A stretch of DNA of 64,000 nt from Vicugna vicugna (taxonomy: Eukaryota), in contig MU058781.1 in assembly GCA_013265495.1 (NCBI GenBank), positions 3,597,050 to 3,661,049 of the forward strand, in the 5' to 3' direction. A program made the translations under genes and the position numbers. The notes under the pieces were generated by a model that was not told the DNA's origin, did not search any database, and saw nothing but the letters and a program-made list of their open reading frames with translations. The first letter of the stretch is position 1. Each line of letters starts with the position of its first letter. Positions 49,253-62,946 of this stretch are shown piece by piece.

Positions 49253-49554
49253 GCATAGACAGGCCCATGTAGCCAAAAATATAAGCACAATTATCATGTG
49301 ACAGCCTCAGGCTCCCAGGGGTCTCTGGGTCCCACTGAGCTGGGCCCTTTGATATAACCAGCAGTGGTTTCTGTAGCCCCTCCATTCCAGCCAGGCTGTG
49401 CTCTCTTTCTCTCTCCTGATGGCCGAATATTCCAGGCCTTTTCTGGGCCTTGTCCTTCCTAGTCACCCAGGTTTCCAGGCACACCCTCAGTCCAAGGAGT
49501 GCTGGCCTCAGGCTCTTCAAGAACATTACACCTCCAGAAAGCTGAAAAAGTATT

Positions 49555-49556
<2 letters not shown>

Positions 49557-49588
<32 letters not shown>
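49557..49588. repeat. (CA)n microsatellite
   Basis: Direct reading. Confidence 0.95.
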
Positions 49589-49591
<3 letters not shown>

Positions 49592-50464
49592 CCTTCACAG
49601 GCTCCCTCCATAACCATCACCCTGCCTTTCTCTTCTTTTTCTTGGATAAAACTATATCCCCCACAACTATCAGAGGGGGAACAAAAGCTCTTTTCTCTTT
49701 TGGGAAACCCTCCTAGAAAGACGGTAACTCATGAGCCAGAGCAAAGACCCACATGTGACAGAAAGGAATTTTCCACCACTGTGTGGTCAGACTAGCTCAT
49801 ATTTGTACAGTGTTTTCAAATTTACAAAAAACCTTTCCCACAGATTATCATGTTTTGGTCTAGCAACCCCCGAGGGAGGCAACAGTTATGAATCCCATGC
49901 TAAGAATGTAGAAATTTTGACTTGAAGAGCCTCAATGATCGTTTCCAAGTCACCCAGTTATTCAGTGACAGAACTGGAATTCAAGTCTTGTCATTTAATT
50001 CCAAGTAAAGTCCTTTCTCTAATAAGGTGATAAAACAATAGCTACCATTTACTGAGCACTTACTATGTGCCATGCACTATCCTAAGTGCCTTAGACACTA
50101 AAATTTAGTTAATCTCATGAAAAATGTATAAGGCAATGCTTTTAGGGATGAGGAAAACGGAGGCACAAGGAGGCTGAGTCATTGTCCCAAGTTACACCTC
50201 TATACCATACCATCCCAGAGCTGTCTACAATTCTGCTATTTCTACTTCACTACAAATCAGGAACTCAGGCTAGGAAGCAAAGGAATAAACAGATAATGAC
50301 CCAAACAGAAAGTGTGGGAAAGACAGAGCCAACAGTTAGGACCCTGATAGGGCTCTAAAGCTGAGCCCACAAGCAGTCAGCGGCTACAGGTGTTTGCTAC
50401 TAACTCAGGGTAGACAGGCAACACCAACTTATTTTAAGCCTAAAGGAAAAGAAGGTTTACTGAC

Positions 50465-50850
50465 AGTATCAGCCAGGGCCTGGCAGGAAACAGATGGCAG
50501 GCTCCAACATGTTGAACTGAAAAGAATTTAATGAAGGGACTATTTACAGAAGGGTAGGCGGGATTACAGGAAGCAACAAGGGGTGATCAGGCCCCCAGGC
50601 GCAACAAATGCCAGAAGTTGTTACCACCTCTAGGGCTGTGGGGCTGACCGAGGGACCATGTCACCAGAACGCAGGGACAGCTGCAGCTGGGAGAGGGGCT
50701 GTGGCCACCAATGAGACGCCCCACCCCCGTCATCTCCTGCAGGTGCCCCACATTTGCAGAAAATCCAGGAAGCCCCAGGACAGAGGGACCTTGGGGAAGC
50801 TGCCCATGGACACTACCATGCTCAGGGTGGAGAAGGGCTGAGAAGGGGAC
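50465..50850 (-). mobile_element. Old ERVL LTR (LTR33/LTR41-like)
   Basis: gtatcagccagggcctggcaggaaacagatggca...tttaatgaagggactatttacaga. Confidence 0.55.
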
Positions 50851-52394
50851 CCGGGGGGGAGCAAGTGGGGAGCATCCCATCCGGCGTGACCGTGACCAGC
50901 CCTTCTTGTCCTGACCCCCGCCCACTCCCGGATCCTCAGACACCTCCTCCTGCTTCTCTAACCCCGCCAGCGTGCCCTGGCTCGGGCTTCCTCCAAAAAC
51001 ACAACTGGTTTAAGTAGACCGTGTAATAAAGGGGGCATCGCTGCCTTCTGTGTTTCTTTTCCCAAGATGGCTCCGGGGGTTCAGTCAGCAGAGCCTTCCC
51101 TCCTCTCCTCCCTAACAAAGGAGAGTTCTTTCCTGACGCCTCCCCCCACCCCCACCTTATCAAGGACGAGTTGAAGCAGCATCAGAGGGCTGTTTTTCTC
51201 CTCTGGGCCTGTCTTTTAACCCTTGGCATCTCTCACTTTTTTTTTTTTAATTTAATTCAAGAGGAAAACAGCAACAGAGACAAATCCATTTCCAAACTGG
51301 CTGTGTTTACGAGTCCTGGGGCTGTCTCTGCCGGCAGAGGTGACAGGGAGTGAGTGGCAAGGATTTCGGGAAGGAAGGAGGGAAGGAGAGGGTGGGGGGT
51401 GCCTGGAGAGCTCAGTCTGTTACCAAGGAAGGAGGAGAGGAAGGGCTTTCTCCTGATAATCAGGAAAACATGGAAAGAAGAAGGAAGCTTCCGTGCCTGA
51501 ATACGAAACACCCACATTAGAGGGAATTCTCGGGGCCAGACTCTAAGACGCTCCCAACACTTGGCTGAATCTCAGAAAATGTCTTTCCAGAATCACAAAG
51601 CTTAAGTGACAACTGCTTTAAAACATCTGGGTGCAGATGGGAGGGGGCAGGTTGGAAGGGGAGTTTTTATATTGTATCCTTTTTTTAGTGATGGAGATGG
51701 ATTTTACTTAAATGATGCAAGAGGGGGTTTTCTTACCCCTGTTAAACCTGTCACTCAGCTTCATCTCCCAAGGCACCTGGAAGATAAGAATCCTGATAAG
51801 TTTTGACAAGAATGTCTCTGAAGTGGAGAACGATTATACAAAACGGCAAGTTGGGACAAAACCCATACAGAAAAATGAGTGAGTCCCAAATACACCGGGG
51901 TGTGGGAAAGGGTGGAGTGAGGAACTGTAAATGGCTCAACCCAAGTTTCTTAGTCTTGGTCCTCAGGGTCCCACATGTTTTCCCTTACTGTTTTCACAAA
52001 GGGTCCATGGTAGTAACCAGAGATGTGGTGGAGAGAGTGGCCAAAACAGTCACTTTAAAATTCCCAGCGGTGTCATAAGGCTGGGAGGTTCCACTTCGGG
52101 CATTGCGGTATGAATGGCCTGCCTATTAACCTGGTCACTTGGACCCTAAACCAGGAAGTCATCTTAGACTCTTCCATTTCCCCCAACATCCCATATTCCA
52201 ACAGTTACCAGGTCTGCCTGAAAAGTCAAATAAAACATATTTATTGGACACCTGTGAGGTGCGAAGCACAACTGAAGTAGTGGAGGAGGGAGGATTACAA
52301 GCATTAGGACCTCGGAGTCAAGAAGCTTGCAATCTGACCGGGTGAGACAATACTAAATACATAAACAAAGTCATCTCAGGTTGTGTGCTGAACT

Positions 52395-52885
52395 GCTTTT
52401 GTCTGTTGGCTAAAAGAAACCAGTTTAGTTCCCCTTGTGGAAAAGACTTCAGGGATTTATAAACAATGGTTCAAAAACGTCATCAACAACCCAGATTCCT
52501 TCCATCTTTCCGCTCTGCCATCTTGTTTTGCTTTATCCTAAAGCTAGGAGCAAGATGGCTGCAGCCACGCCAGACATCACATTCAGGTATTACCAAAGCT
52601 AGAGGGAGAAGAGTGGTCTTCTATTCCTTTGACTCTGCGAGGAGAGAGGGACCTTTCACTCGAACCACCCCCGAGACTTCCTCTCAAGTCTCATTAGCTG
52701 TAACTGTGTCGCCTACCTATTCCAGAACCAAAACTAGCAGTGGGGATGAGATTACCTTTAGATCAAATAGGATGGAGTCTCTGCCCCAAGGGGCTGTGTG
52801 GGAAGGTGCTATCTGACCAAAATTAGGGTTCTTTTTAGGAAGGAAAAAGAGGGGAGCAAATTCTGGGTTGGCAACCAACAGTGGT
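52395..52885 (-). mobile_element. Old MaLR LTR (MLT1J/K/L-like)
   Basis: ttccatctttccgctctgccatctt...gcaagatggctgcagc...cagacatcacattc...accaaaattagggttct...ttgggttggcaaccaaca. Confidence 0.6.
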
Positions 52886-53271
52886 GACAAGAAAATTTAA
52901 GGGCATTTTAAAATTAAATTAAATGGGGTAACAAGACAGAGGGGTCAGGAAAGGTTGCCGCAGATCTCACCCCCATTGCCACTGCCTGGAGTTACGGCCA
53001 TAGCCTCCTAACTGGCTTTCCAGCCACCAGCCTCCCTCTCCTACTCCAGGAACCTGTTCTTTCCATATCTCCATTGCATCTGCCTAAAATGCATATCTGC
53101 TTAGGTCTTTTTCTTGCTTAAAATACTCCTGTAGCTCCTTATTCCATATGCAAGGCACATTTTAAGCACTTTCTATTGTGTTATTTACTGTGCCTCTTGG
53201 GGAACGCTATTATAGCCCCGTTGTATAGGTGAGGAGGTAATCAGGCACTGGGATAGTAACTAACTTGTCTC

Positions 53272-53725
53272 TGTGTCAGTTTCCTATTGCTGCCGTAATA
53301 CATTGCCACACACCCAGTAGTTTAAAACAACACAGATTTATTTTCGTACACTTCCAGTGGACAGAAGTCCAATGTCAGTTTCCGAATCAAGACGTCTGCA
53401 GCACTGTGTTTTCTTCTGAAGACTCTGCATTATCTTGCCTCCTCCACCTTTTAGATACTGCCTTCGCTCCTTGTCACGTGGCTGTATCACTTGACCTATG
53501 TGTCCATCATCACATTTCGTTCTCTTCTCTCTGATTTCCTGCCTCCCCTTATAAGGACCCTTGTGATTACACTGGGCTTACTTGGATAATCCAGGATCAT
53601 CTCCCTGTCTCAAGATCCTTAACTTAATCACATCTGCAAAGTCCTTTTTCCCATGTAAGATAACAAAGTCACAGGATATTGTTATTAGGACTGGGAGCTT
53701 TAGAGAGCCAGTGTTCTGTCTACTC
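53272..53725 (-). mobile_element. MaLR LTR (MLT1B/C/D-like)
   Basis: tcagtttcctattgctgccgtaa...ttaaaacaacacagatttatt...ttataaggacccttgtgattacactggg...ggataatccaggatcatctccc...taatcacatctgcaaagtcctttt. Confidence 0.85.
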
Positions 53726-55187
53726 CTCTCAAGGTTACATGGCAAGGAATTAGAGGAACCACGGTCTGAACTTAGGCTCTGTGGCTCCAGGAAGAAGCCA
53801 TGCCTCCTTCCCAGTCTAGTTGTTTTGTCTTTTACCTAGACGGTCTGCCTTGTCTACCCCAGCCCCCCCAAGTGGCTAACTGCCACTTAACCTCTCAGCC
53901 ACCTCTTTGGGAAAGCCTTCCATGACAGCATTCTCCCCTACTACTCTGCCCATGGACCTCTCAGCTGGATTAGACATCCCTCCACTGTGCTCCTCCATAC
54001 CAGAGCTCACTGCTAAAATATCACTTAAAATCAGTGAGTACGTGGAGCATGAGCATGTGGAGTCGGGCAAACTGATTTGTTGGTTGGTTGACTGGTTGGC
54101 TGGGTGGTTAGTTGGTTGAATAAATGAATGAGCTGAGGATAAGACATTTGAAAGGAGTGATATCGTTTTTAAGAGTTAATAGATGTTGGGGAACGGAGAT
54201 TTGGAGCAATAGTCTTTTGAAATCTGTTTTGGGGTTGGGGTACATTTTGGGGTTTGGAATGTCTTATCCTTTTATGAACCCAAAGGGGTCCGTGTGGGGC
54301 TCAGAGAAAGAGGCAGGTAAGTGGCCATCCCAGGCTGCTTTGGTTTTCCAGCTCAGTCACCAGGTGGGATAGGAAGTGCGTTTCAGGGCAGAAAGTGGGT
54401 CCTGGAATAGAGTGGGCACGTGGTTGTGGTGCATCCCTCGGGGATGGGGGTTGCTGGTGACACAGGAGGAAAGATTTGGAACCCAGAGTGACAAACCTTT
54501 AACCAGTCCCTGACTTGTGAACATGCAGTTTAATAGAGCTTAGAGTTTGAAGCCTACATCTCACACACACACAAACACACACGTTGGGGCAAAAGAAAAT
54601 GTGCAGCTAAAGTCACAGAGCCAGTAAGCTCTGGAGCCAGGCTTGGAACCCGCCACATCTGGGCTCAGCCCTGTGGGCTTACCCACTGCACTGTCCTGCC
54701 TCACATACCAACTCTGTTCTATTTTTAAAAGAAACCAATATCTGGGAATTTTGGAGCCTGGCCTAGCAAGCGGAAAGGTCACAGATAGAAATAAAGTCTA
54801 GGAGGCAAGAGGGAGGGAGAAGGGGTGAGAACTAATTTCCAAGGGCGTGTCTCAAAACCAGATTGACAGGCGACTCAGCGCTTGCCCGGGCCGCCACGTC
54901 AGGCCAGTCCTTTGTCTTCTCAGCGACTTGCCTTCTCAAAATCTGCAAAGGTCATGCATTGAGTATTAGTATGTTTACCAGATAGAAAGGAATCTTAGAT
55001 GTGAAGAGTTTTATGCTATAATTCCAGCTAATTCAGTCCTGGAAACAAGAGGCAGAATGACGTCTCACCCAAAAGGGCGTATTTATTTCAACTATGTAAT
55101 TTACCGATGTGTTGGATCACTCAGAGGTTCCTAAAAGGCTCTGCCCACTAGTCTGAATTACAGTTTTATCGAATAAAATAAATATAA

Positions 55188-55326
55188 GGGGGACACTATA
55201 GCTCAGTGGTAGAATGCCTATTTAGCCATGGTCCTGGGTTCAATCCCCAGTACCTCCACCAATAAATAAATAAACAAATAAATCTAACTACCTCTACCCC
55301 AAATAAATAATTTTGAAAATAAAGAA
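55188..55326 (+). mobile_element. Vic-1-like SINE
   Basis: gggggacactatagctcagtggtagaatg...gtcctgggttcaatccccagtacctcc with A-rich tail. Duplication aataaaataaatataa at 55172-55187 and 55327-55342. Confidence 0.85.
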
Positions 55327-58077
55327 AATAAAATAAATATAAAAACGCTCCTGTGCTAGGAAAGCTAAAATGCCAATGCAGGTTGATACAAATCAGGCCC
55401 CCCCAAATCAGAGCAGACCTGTGTACACTTCTGTTGGATAATAGACACACCAGGGCTTTAATTCTGATTTCCCCCAAGAGGTATTAATATGTATCAATAG
55501 GCACGTGTGAATGCATCTCACGTGTGAATGCATCACACATGTGCACACACTTCAACCCTGCTTACCCAGCCGTAGAAACACGTCTCCAAAATAAGCCAGA
55601 AACCTTAGCAGGGCAGAGCGCTGGGAATTTTCCAAAGGTTAGAGTTTCCCCACCAATAGGAAGCTGTGCACCCATAAAAATTGGGCTATGGCTTGCTCAA
55701 ACACCACAGTAAAGCCTTAAAACATTGACGGTTGTGTCTTAGACATCATCCAGCTCACCATTTTACAGATGAGCAAGTTAGGGCGAGGAAGACGCATGGC
55801 TTACTCTAGGTCCTAGAGAATGAGGCAGAGACCCAGGCTGGAGGCATGCGCTTGGCAGGCTTCAAGACAACCAGGAGAGGCGGTGGCCAGAAATGGCATC
55901 ATCAAAGGCTAAGCAGAGGCGAAAACAGCAAAGCCAGCTGAGAAGCGTTCCTACAGGTAGAAGGAAAACCAAGAGGGTCTTGGATCTTGGAGACAAGGGG
56001 AGGAAGACACTCACAGCTGCAGCAGTCAATGCTGTCACGTGCTACGGAGGGCAAGAAAGAAGGGCTGAGGAAATCCCACTGGAGATGGCAACCAGAAGAC
56101 ACTGGTGACCTTCAGCAGAGATTTCCGTGAGTAGTGGGGACAGAATCAGGTCCTAAGGGCTCGAGGAGTGCGTGGGAGGTGAGTAAGTGGAGACACAATT
56201 GGGGGCTTCCTTTGAGAAGTTTGGCTGTAAGAAGAGATACAGTGCTCTAGCTGGAGGGGTGTCTGGGTGGAGGGAGACACTTCTTCGTGCTCCTGACCTA
56301 TGGAGAAAGGTGTTAAAGAAGGAAGACTAGAAAGTGTCGGAGAGAGGGGGACTAACGATGGAGCCATCATGAAGGAGTTTCATCCTCACTGGAAACCTAG
56401 CTAGGGGCACAGCAGCCAGAGGAGCCTGGTAAGAAATGTTCTGCTTCCAATGATGTTAGAATACACTAAAATCATGATTAACTGAAATGTTTAGAGAGAA
56501 CTGACTTAGGCGTAGATCTGAAAGAGTTGAGGGAGGCCCCAGGTCTCCCTAAGCCACCTTCCTTGATCAGGATGTCCCCAGGGCTGGAGAGTTTCGTTTC
56601 TCTGTGTCAGGAAAACATCACAGGTAAGTAGGGAATTTTTTCTAAACGAAGTCCATCAAAGAGTACTTTCTGATCCCAATAAATGGCCACAGAGGAGTCC
56701 CTGGTGGTCCTTAATTTGGCATTTTGACATAACCACTGATCGATTTGGGGGAATAATTTATTCTGTCTAGAAAAGGGCTGAAAACATTAACTCAACCAGT
56801 TTCCAATGATTGTTATTGTTTTAGGTGAAGATGGGTAACCGGCAGAGCCTGACTGTTTCCCACAATAACAGACTGTTCTCTATTGGTCCAGAAGGGAATC
56901 AGATCCAGCGCTTTTGTGGGGAGGACAGGGATTGTCACATGAAGGCAGCAGTGTTTGTCTTCCCAGGGCTAACAGGGAGGGCTGGGAAGAAGTCCCGTCC
57001 GCTCCGCACAGGCGTGCGCCGCCATGAGGGCAGCGGCGGGCTTTTCGTGCCTCAGATCCCTGAGCCGGTGCAAATAAACACATTCATCAGACGCTCGCTA
57101 TGCGCCAGGTGCTTTCCTCAACGTTTTACGCATTTCCTCTTTCTGACAACCTGTGAGCTGGATATTATGTCTCTAGGGGACAAGGAGACCAAGGTTCAAA
57201 GAGATGGAGGAACTTGTTAGGGGTCACACATTAGAATGTCCCAGAATCGGATAATGAGCCAGACCGGCCTGACTTGAAATTCCCACACTTCACTCTGTGG
57301 CCGGCACAAGACGGGGATTAAACAAGTCTGGTCTGGCTGTTCATTCTCAAGATGAAATAAGACAATTACTGAACATGCTGTGACAGCTCAGGAAGAGAGT
57401 AGCCTCGTTACTGGTCTCCTTTGCACACTTACAGCAAACACGGGTCTACAACTTGGGAGTGACATCCGTGTGGCCGGGAGACCCTGGGGAGGCAGGTGTT
57501 TAAGGCTCCTACCCAAGTGTGGGAGGGGTTTTGAGTGTAGAAAGCATCTTTTTGCCTCTCAGAGTTAGCATGACTTCCCCTCAGCTGTGTACTTGGGAAT
57601 TCGGCCAAAGGAGAAGGCATGTGTAGATGTTCTGACTGAGCCCTCTACAAAAATTCTAGAATCCATTCCAGAACTTTCTTGGCCCAGATCTCCATCTGCT
57701 GACTCATTATTCAGACCTTTCAGCTCACAAGCCTCTCCACAAAGCAGCCCCTGCCAATACTGTTTTATTTTCTTCATCTCTACTCTTAAAAATTATCTTT
57801 TCAAAATTTGTTTGTTTTGTGTATTATCTATTTCCCCCCACTCACTCTTCTCAATCCCAGAATGGAAATAGAGGTCTGCTGTATCTCCCATACCTACAGC
57901 ATTATCTTGTACATCATAGACACTTTGCTAAATGGGTGGATGGATGGATGGAAGGGTGAAGGGGATTTTAATATGATCTCCCTCTATTTGGGCTCTTGCC
58001 CTGTCCACAGGCCCAGGGAATATTCTCTCACTGATGACATGGCTGTTCTAGGACTTAGAAGCTAAACCATCTGAGGG

Positions 58078-58645
58078 TGAAACTGTGGGTAACAATTAGT
58101 TAAATCCATTTCACCTGTAACGTGTCTTCACTGGTCAAGGTTGATTAATTGCTGCTACAAAAGACTTGCATGACCTCTAAGAGGCACATTGCCACGCCAA
58201 AACAATAAGATGTTTGCCTGAGATGGTCTCCAGGAACTTGGAGTCCGCTGTGTCTAGCTCAGCTGAGCCAACTGAGACTGGATGTGACCACCATCCTCCA
58301 ACTGGGCATGCCCGAGTGTCCACTCTGTGACCTTTTGACATCAGAGGGCCAAAAACTCCACCCGCAGATCATGCTAAGGGCTTGCATCATTTGAAGGTGC
58401 ATAGTTGTCACACCTGTGTGGAATTACTGAACCTTTCTCCAATCACCTTTCCTCACGCTCCCCAAGCCTCAAACCACCCGGCTTCTTTCTTTATCCCACA
58501 AATGCCCCAGCCCCTTGCCTGTGGGGAGGTGGACCTGAGATTTGTTCTTTCATTTCCCAGGTAGGCTGCCTTGTGAATAAACCCTCTCTTTGCTGCAAAC
58601 CTTTGCTCACTGCGCATCGGGCAGAGTGAACCAGGTTCAGTGGCA
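58078..58645 (+). mobile_element. ERV1-type solo LTR (family not determined)
   Basis: TG...CA termini; internal catcagagggccaaaaactccacc; poly(A) signal gtgaataaaccctctct near the 3' end, then gcatcgggcagagtgaacc. Confidence 0.65.
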
Positions 58646-60057
58646 AGAGCATGGTAGGAGACAGGGGTTCTGTTCCCCGAAGTTTCATGAAGGGGATGAT
58701 ATTTGATGGTAAAGGATCCTGCAACATGCAGGTGGAGAATGGCAAAGGCAGCGGGGCCAGGATGCCCAGCGGAGCAGTGAGCTGCTGGCTGCGCCCTGCT
58801 CGCACGGGCTGGGCTGGGCGGGAGAAGAGGCTGGAAGGAGGTGAGGGTCAGGTGGGGAAAGGCCATGGATGCCCATATAAGGAGTTTGAGCGGCATCTCA
58901 TGAGAAATGGGGAGCCCTTGAAGGTCAGAGCTATGAAAGCACCCTTGGCCCTTCTGGCTGCCGACAGTGGATGTAAAGCAAAGTTGAGGAATAATTAAGC
59001 AAGATCATTGGCTGTGGGTTTGGTCTCCACTGCTCAGTCCCTGCTCAGTTGTCTCTGAGGGGCCAAGTTTGTCACTGTCATTCTAGGGTCCGGGGTGCTG
59101 GGTAAAGTGGTATGAAGGCAGTGACACTGATAAACCTATTTGGCTGTTGGTGAAAAATAAAACATTTCTCAAACATGTAGTAGATTATGAAAATATCTGT
59201 GTGATATGAACCAACTTCAGAGATTAAAATTCATTTTTTAAAAGCCATTAATACTGCCTATTCCCCACTTCTCTCCATTCCTTCTCGGGGTCAGGGAAAC
59301 AATTCATCTGATAATAGTGATTCTTAGCAATAGGAAAAATACCCAGCCAGGTAATCAATTCAATGGCTGTGGGTTATGCTTTCAATTTTCACTAAAATAT
59401 GCCCCACCTATTTCAGGCTCTTCAAACATGGAATCATCTCCTGAAAATATTTTGTAGAATAGGTTTTAAATACTCTCCAAGCTTTATCAGAAGAGCATTG
59501 CTGTTCTAATAATTCTTGAAATAGAAATTCTTGAACTCCACACAACCATTCAAAGTTCTGGGAGAACAATGTGCTTTGTTTAGTTAATCTTTCACCTTTT
59601 CCCTTTTAGAACTTTAAACTATTGTGCAAAACACAACTGCCCTAGCTACCATGCATTCGTTTTGTGATTAACGCCATTTTATTATTTCCGGAAATTACAC
59701 AATTGCGTTCTTTAAAGACTTGTCGCTACCTTAAGTGATTTCATCATGCTGGGGTAATGAAAATATCCAGGTAATAAAACCTAGTGAGGGAAAAGGGGTT
59801 TATCTATTTAGAAATTCAGTCTGTGGACAACTTTGAACAAATTTATTCTTCAAAATAGTGAGTGCCTTATGCTGGGATGGCTTGCCCTACAGCGCGGTCG
59901 GCTCCCGTCTTCTCCGCAAAGCTCCCCCTGGTGTTTAACGAAGTCCAACTGTCCCTAGTTCTTTCTGGACTCCAGGTGCTTCTGATTATCCTGAAAAGCT
60001 ATCCATTGATACCCTACAAATTATTATCAAAGCTAGAACATTTGGTCAAAGTTGGGG

Positions 60058-60208
60058 TGGGGGTGTCTAGCTCAAGTGGTAGAGCGCATGCTCAGCACCC
60101 AGGAGGTCCCGGGTTCAATCCCCGGTACCTCCTCCAAGCAGAAATCGATGAAGAAACCTAATTTCCTCCCCCTCAGAAAACAAACAATACAAGCAAATTT
60201 TGAAAAAA
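60058..60208 (+). mobile_element. Vic-1-like SINE
   Basis: ggggtgtctagctcaagtggtagagcgcatgctcagca...ggtcccgggttcaatccccggtacctcc. Confidence 0.8.
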
Positions 60209-60614
60209 TGTTGAGTAGCTAGTAATTCCTCAACAAACGCTCATTGCCTGGATTAGGACATTCTTACCACAAGCCAGGCAGCCCAGGCCAAAAGAGGCAA
60301 CTCAGCGATAAACTGTCACCTCCTGGCTCTGTGACCTTGGGCTAGTCACGTCACTTCTTTATTCAACAAACATTCACTGCTCGTTAATCCATGCCAGGCA
60401 CCACCCGCTGCCCTCAGGACCATCCCCCACCCCCTCTTTGCTAGGGACAGTAGTGGGGAGACAAGTATGTTTCCTGACTTTACAGACTTTATTGAGAGAT
60501 TCTCAGCTTGCTGTGCATCAGAATCACTTGGAGGACTTGCTTAAAAAAAGGTTGCTGTGCCCCATCCCCAGAGTTTCATTTCAGTAGGTCTGGAGTGGGA
60601 GGCAAAAGATTAGA

Positions 60615-61578
60615 ACAAGATATATATAATATACATAACACAAAATGTACCCTTTTAACCACTTTTAAGTGTATAATTCTGGGGCATTACGTAATTCACT
60701 CCGTCGTGAAACCATCACCATTATCCATCTCCAGAAATTTTCATCACCCACACAAACTCCACACCCACTGCTAATCACTCCGCCCCTCAGCGCCTGATAG
60801 CCTCTATCCTACTTTCTGTCTCTATGAATTCATCTATTCTAGATGCTTCCTGGAAGTGGATTTATAGAGTATTTGCCCTTTGTGTCTGGCTTATTTGACT
60901 TAGCGCAATGTCTTCAAGGCTCCTCCACGCTGCAGCCTGTGCCAGAATTTCCTTATTATGGCTGAATGATATTCCATGATGGGTATATACCACATGTTTA
61001 TCCATTCACCTGTCGATGAATACTTGGATTGTTTCCACCTTTTGGACATTGTGAATAATACTACAATGCGCATTGGTGTGCAGATAGCTGAGTCCCTGCT
61101 TTCAAATTCCACCCAAAGGCGGAATTGCTGAATCCCGTGGCTCTTCTTTGTTAAGCTCTTTGAGCACCTGCCAAATTGTCTTCCACAGTGGCTGCACCAT
61201 TTCACACTCCCACTAGCACCGTATGGAGGTTCCAATTTCTCCACATTCACACCAACATTTGTTATTTTGCTTTTTGATAATAGTCACCCTAATGGGTGCA
61301 GTGTCTCCTTGTAGTTTTGATTTGTGTTTCCCTAATGGCTAGTGATGTTGAGTCATGTCTATGTCTTCTCTGGAGAAATGTCTATTCATGTCTTTTGCCT
61401 ATTTTTGAACTGAGTTGTTTGGAGGTTTTGTTTTTATCTTTTGCTTTTGTGTTGTAAAAGTTGCTTATATACAGTATTCTGATAGCACTGCCTTATCAGT
61501 TGTATGATATGCGAACATTTTCTCCCGTTCTGTGTGTTGTCTTTTCCTTCTCTTGATAGCATCCTTTGATGCACAATT
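60615..61578 (-). mobile_element. L1M (L1MA/L1MB-type) 3' region
   Basis: ccatcacc...ccagaaattttcatcaccca...cctactttctgtctctatgaatt...gtttccaccttttgg...ttccacagtggctgcaccattt. ORF 60900-61250 gives degraded L1 ORF2 C-terminal residues. Confidence 0.9.
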
Positions 61579-61987
61579 GGACTGTGAGTGCCAACATGCC
61601 TCAGGAGCCATGGAAGCGCTAGGACTTTAGCAGGGAAAAGACACAGGGTGAGGGGAGAGGGTAGTGGATAAAGGAATTTAGAAAACCACCCCTTGAGACC
61701 CTAGGCTGCCTCCCAGGGCTGGAATCTTGCTGCATAATCCTATTTGGCATGTCAGAAACACAGTATCATCTTTCTATTATTTCCGTAACAAATTCTGCTT
61801 TCCCCCAGGCAGAAAGATGCTTTGAGTAAATTGAGGGCCAGATCTTTGTTGGGTTTTGAGAAGGCAAATAAAGATCCCACTGCTGTCTCCACAGACTGCA
61901 GTGAACCCCCAGGGAGACCTGCAAAACTGACAGGTCCCAGAGCTTAGCTCTGATAGTAGTAGATGAGAGAGACTCTATCTAGGAGTC

Positions 61988-62169
61988 ACTTGTATATTGT
62001 TTTTTTTTAGACATAATGCTCTTGCAAACTTAGCTGACTACAGTATAGAGCAAACGTAACTGTTCCATGCACTGGGAAACCAAAAAATGTGTGTGACTTG
62101 CTTTATTGTGATATTTGCTTTATTGTAGTGGTTTGGAACTGAACCCACAATGTCTCAGATCTGCCTGTA
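61988..62169 (+). mobile_element. Tigger1 terminal fragment
   Basis: agacataatgct...gactacagtatag...tgcactgggaaaccaaaaaat...gctttattgtgatattt...ctgcctgta. Confidence 0.85.
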
Positions 62170-62946
62170 ACAAGAAATACAGAGTTAGGCTGAGCATTGG
62201 TTAGGGCTGGTATCTCTATAGTTCTTTTGGCCTTTCCCTCATGACCATAAGGTTGTTGCCACAACTCCAAGTATCACAGCTGTATTCACAGCAAGAAAAA
62301 AAGAGAGAAGAGGTAGTGCCAGCCGTTTCTGATGCTTTATCAGCAAAGCAAAAACTTTTCCAGAAGCCCCCCGATAGACTTCCCTAAACTGGGAGTCTCA
62401 TAACTGGCTTGGACCAGGAATGATTCATCATCCAGAACTGGGCATGTTACCACCTTGAATACATTTAGGTTTCTGACGAAGGAAAGAAGCGGAGAATGGC
62501 AGGCTGGCTATAGTTTCTTTCTGTCCTCTGAAATCACTGGTTGGTAGTTTTCCTCCTAAATCACTGGTTGCCCGTTCTTATCTAAGAGAGAAGTGTCAGA
62601 AAAAAAAAAAAAAAGCTGGTGGGATAGAGGCATACATTGAGTGAGGCTTACTGAGGGCCAGGACTCATACTAGGATGATCAGCCAGAGTGTCTGTCCATC
62701 CTTTGCAGAACCCCAGATATCAGTAAGGGGAAGTGGTTTTGGTGGCTCTGTTCAGTCTCTTCAGAAAAGAATCCTTCTGTAGTGGTCGGCTCTGGAAGAC
62801 TGGTGGTTGTGGGTAGGAATCAGAGGAAGGGGGTCGGGGGTCAAACTCTTCCCTTTCCATGCTCTCAGATTGACCAGGTAATGTCAGTCCCCTGATGACA
62901 ACCATAAGCCTCAAGACTATCCACCCAGTTTCTGGTATCTTCAAGG

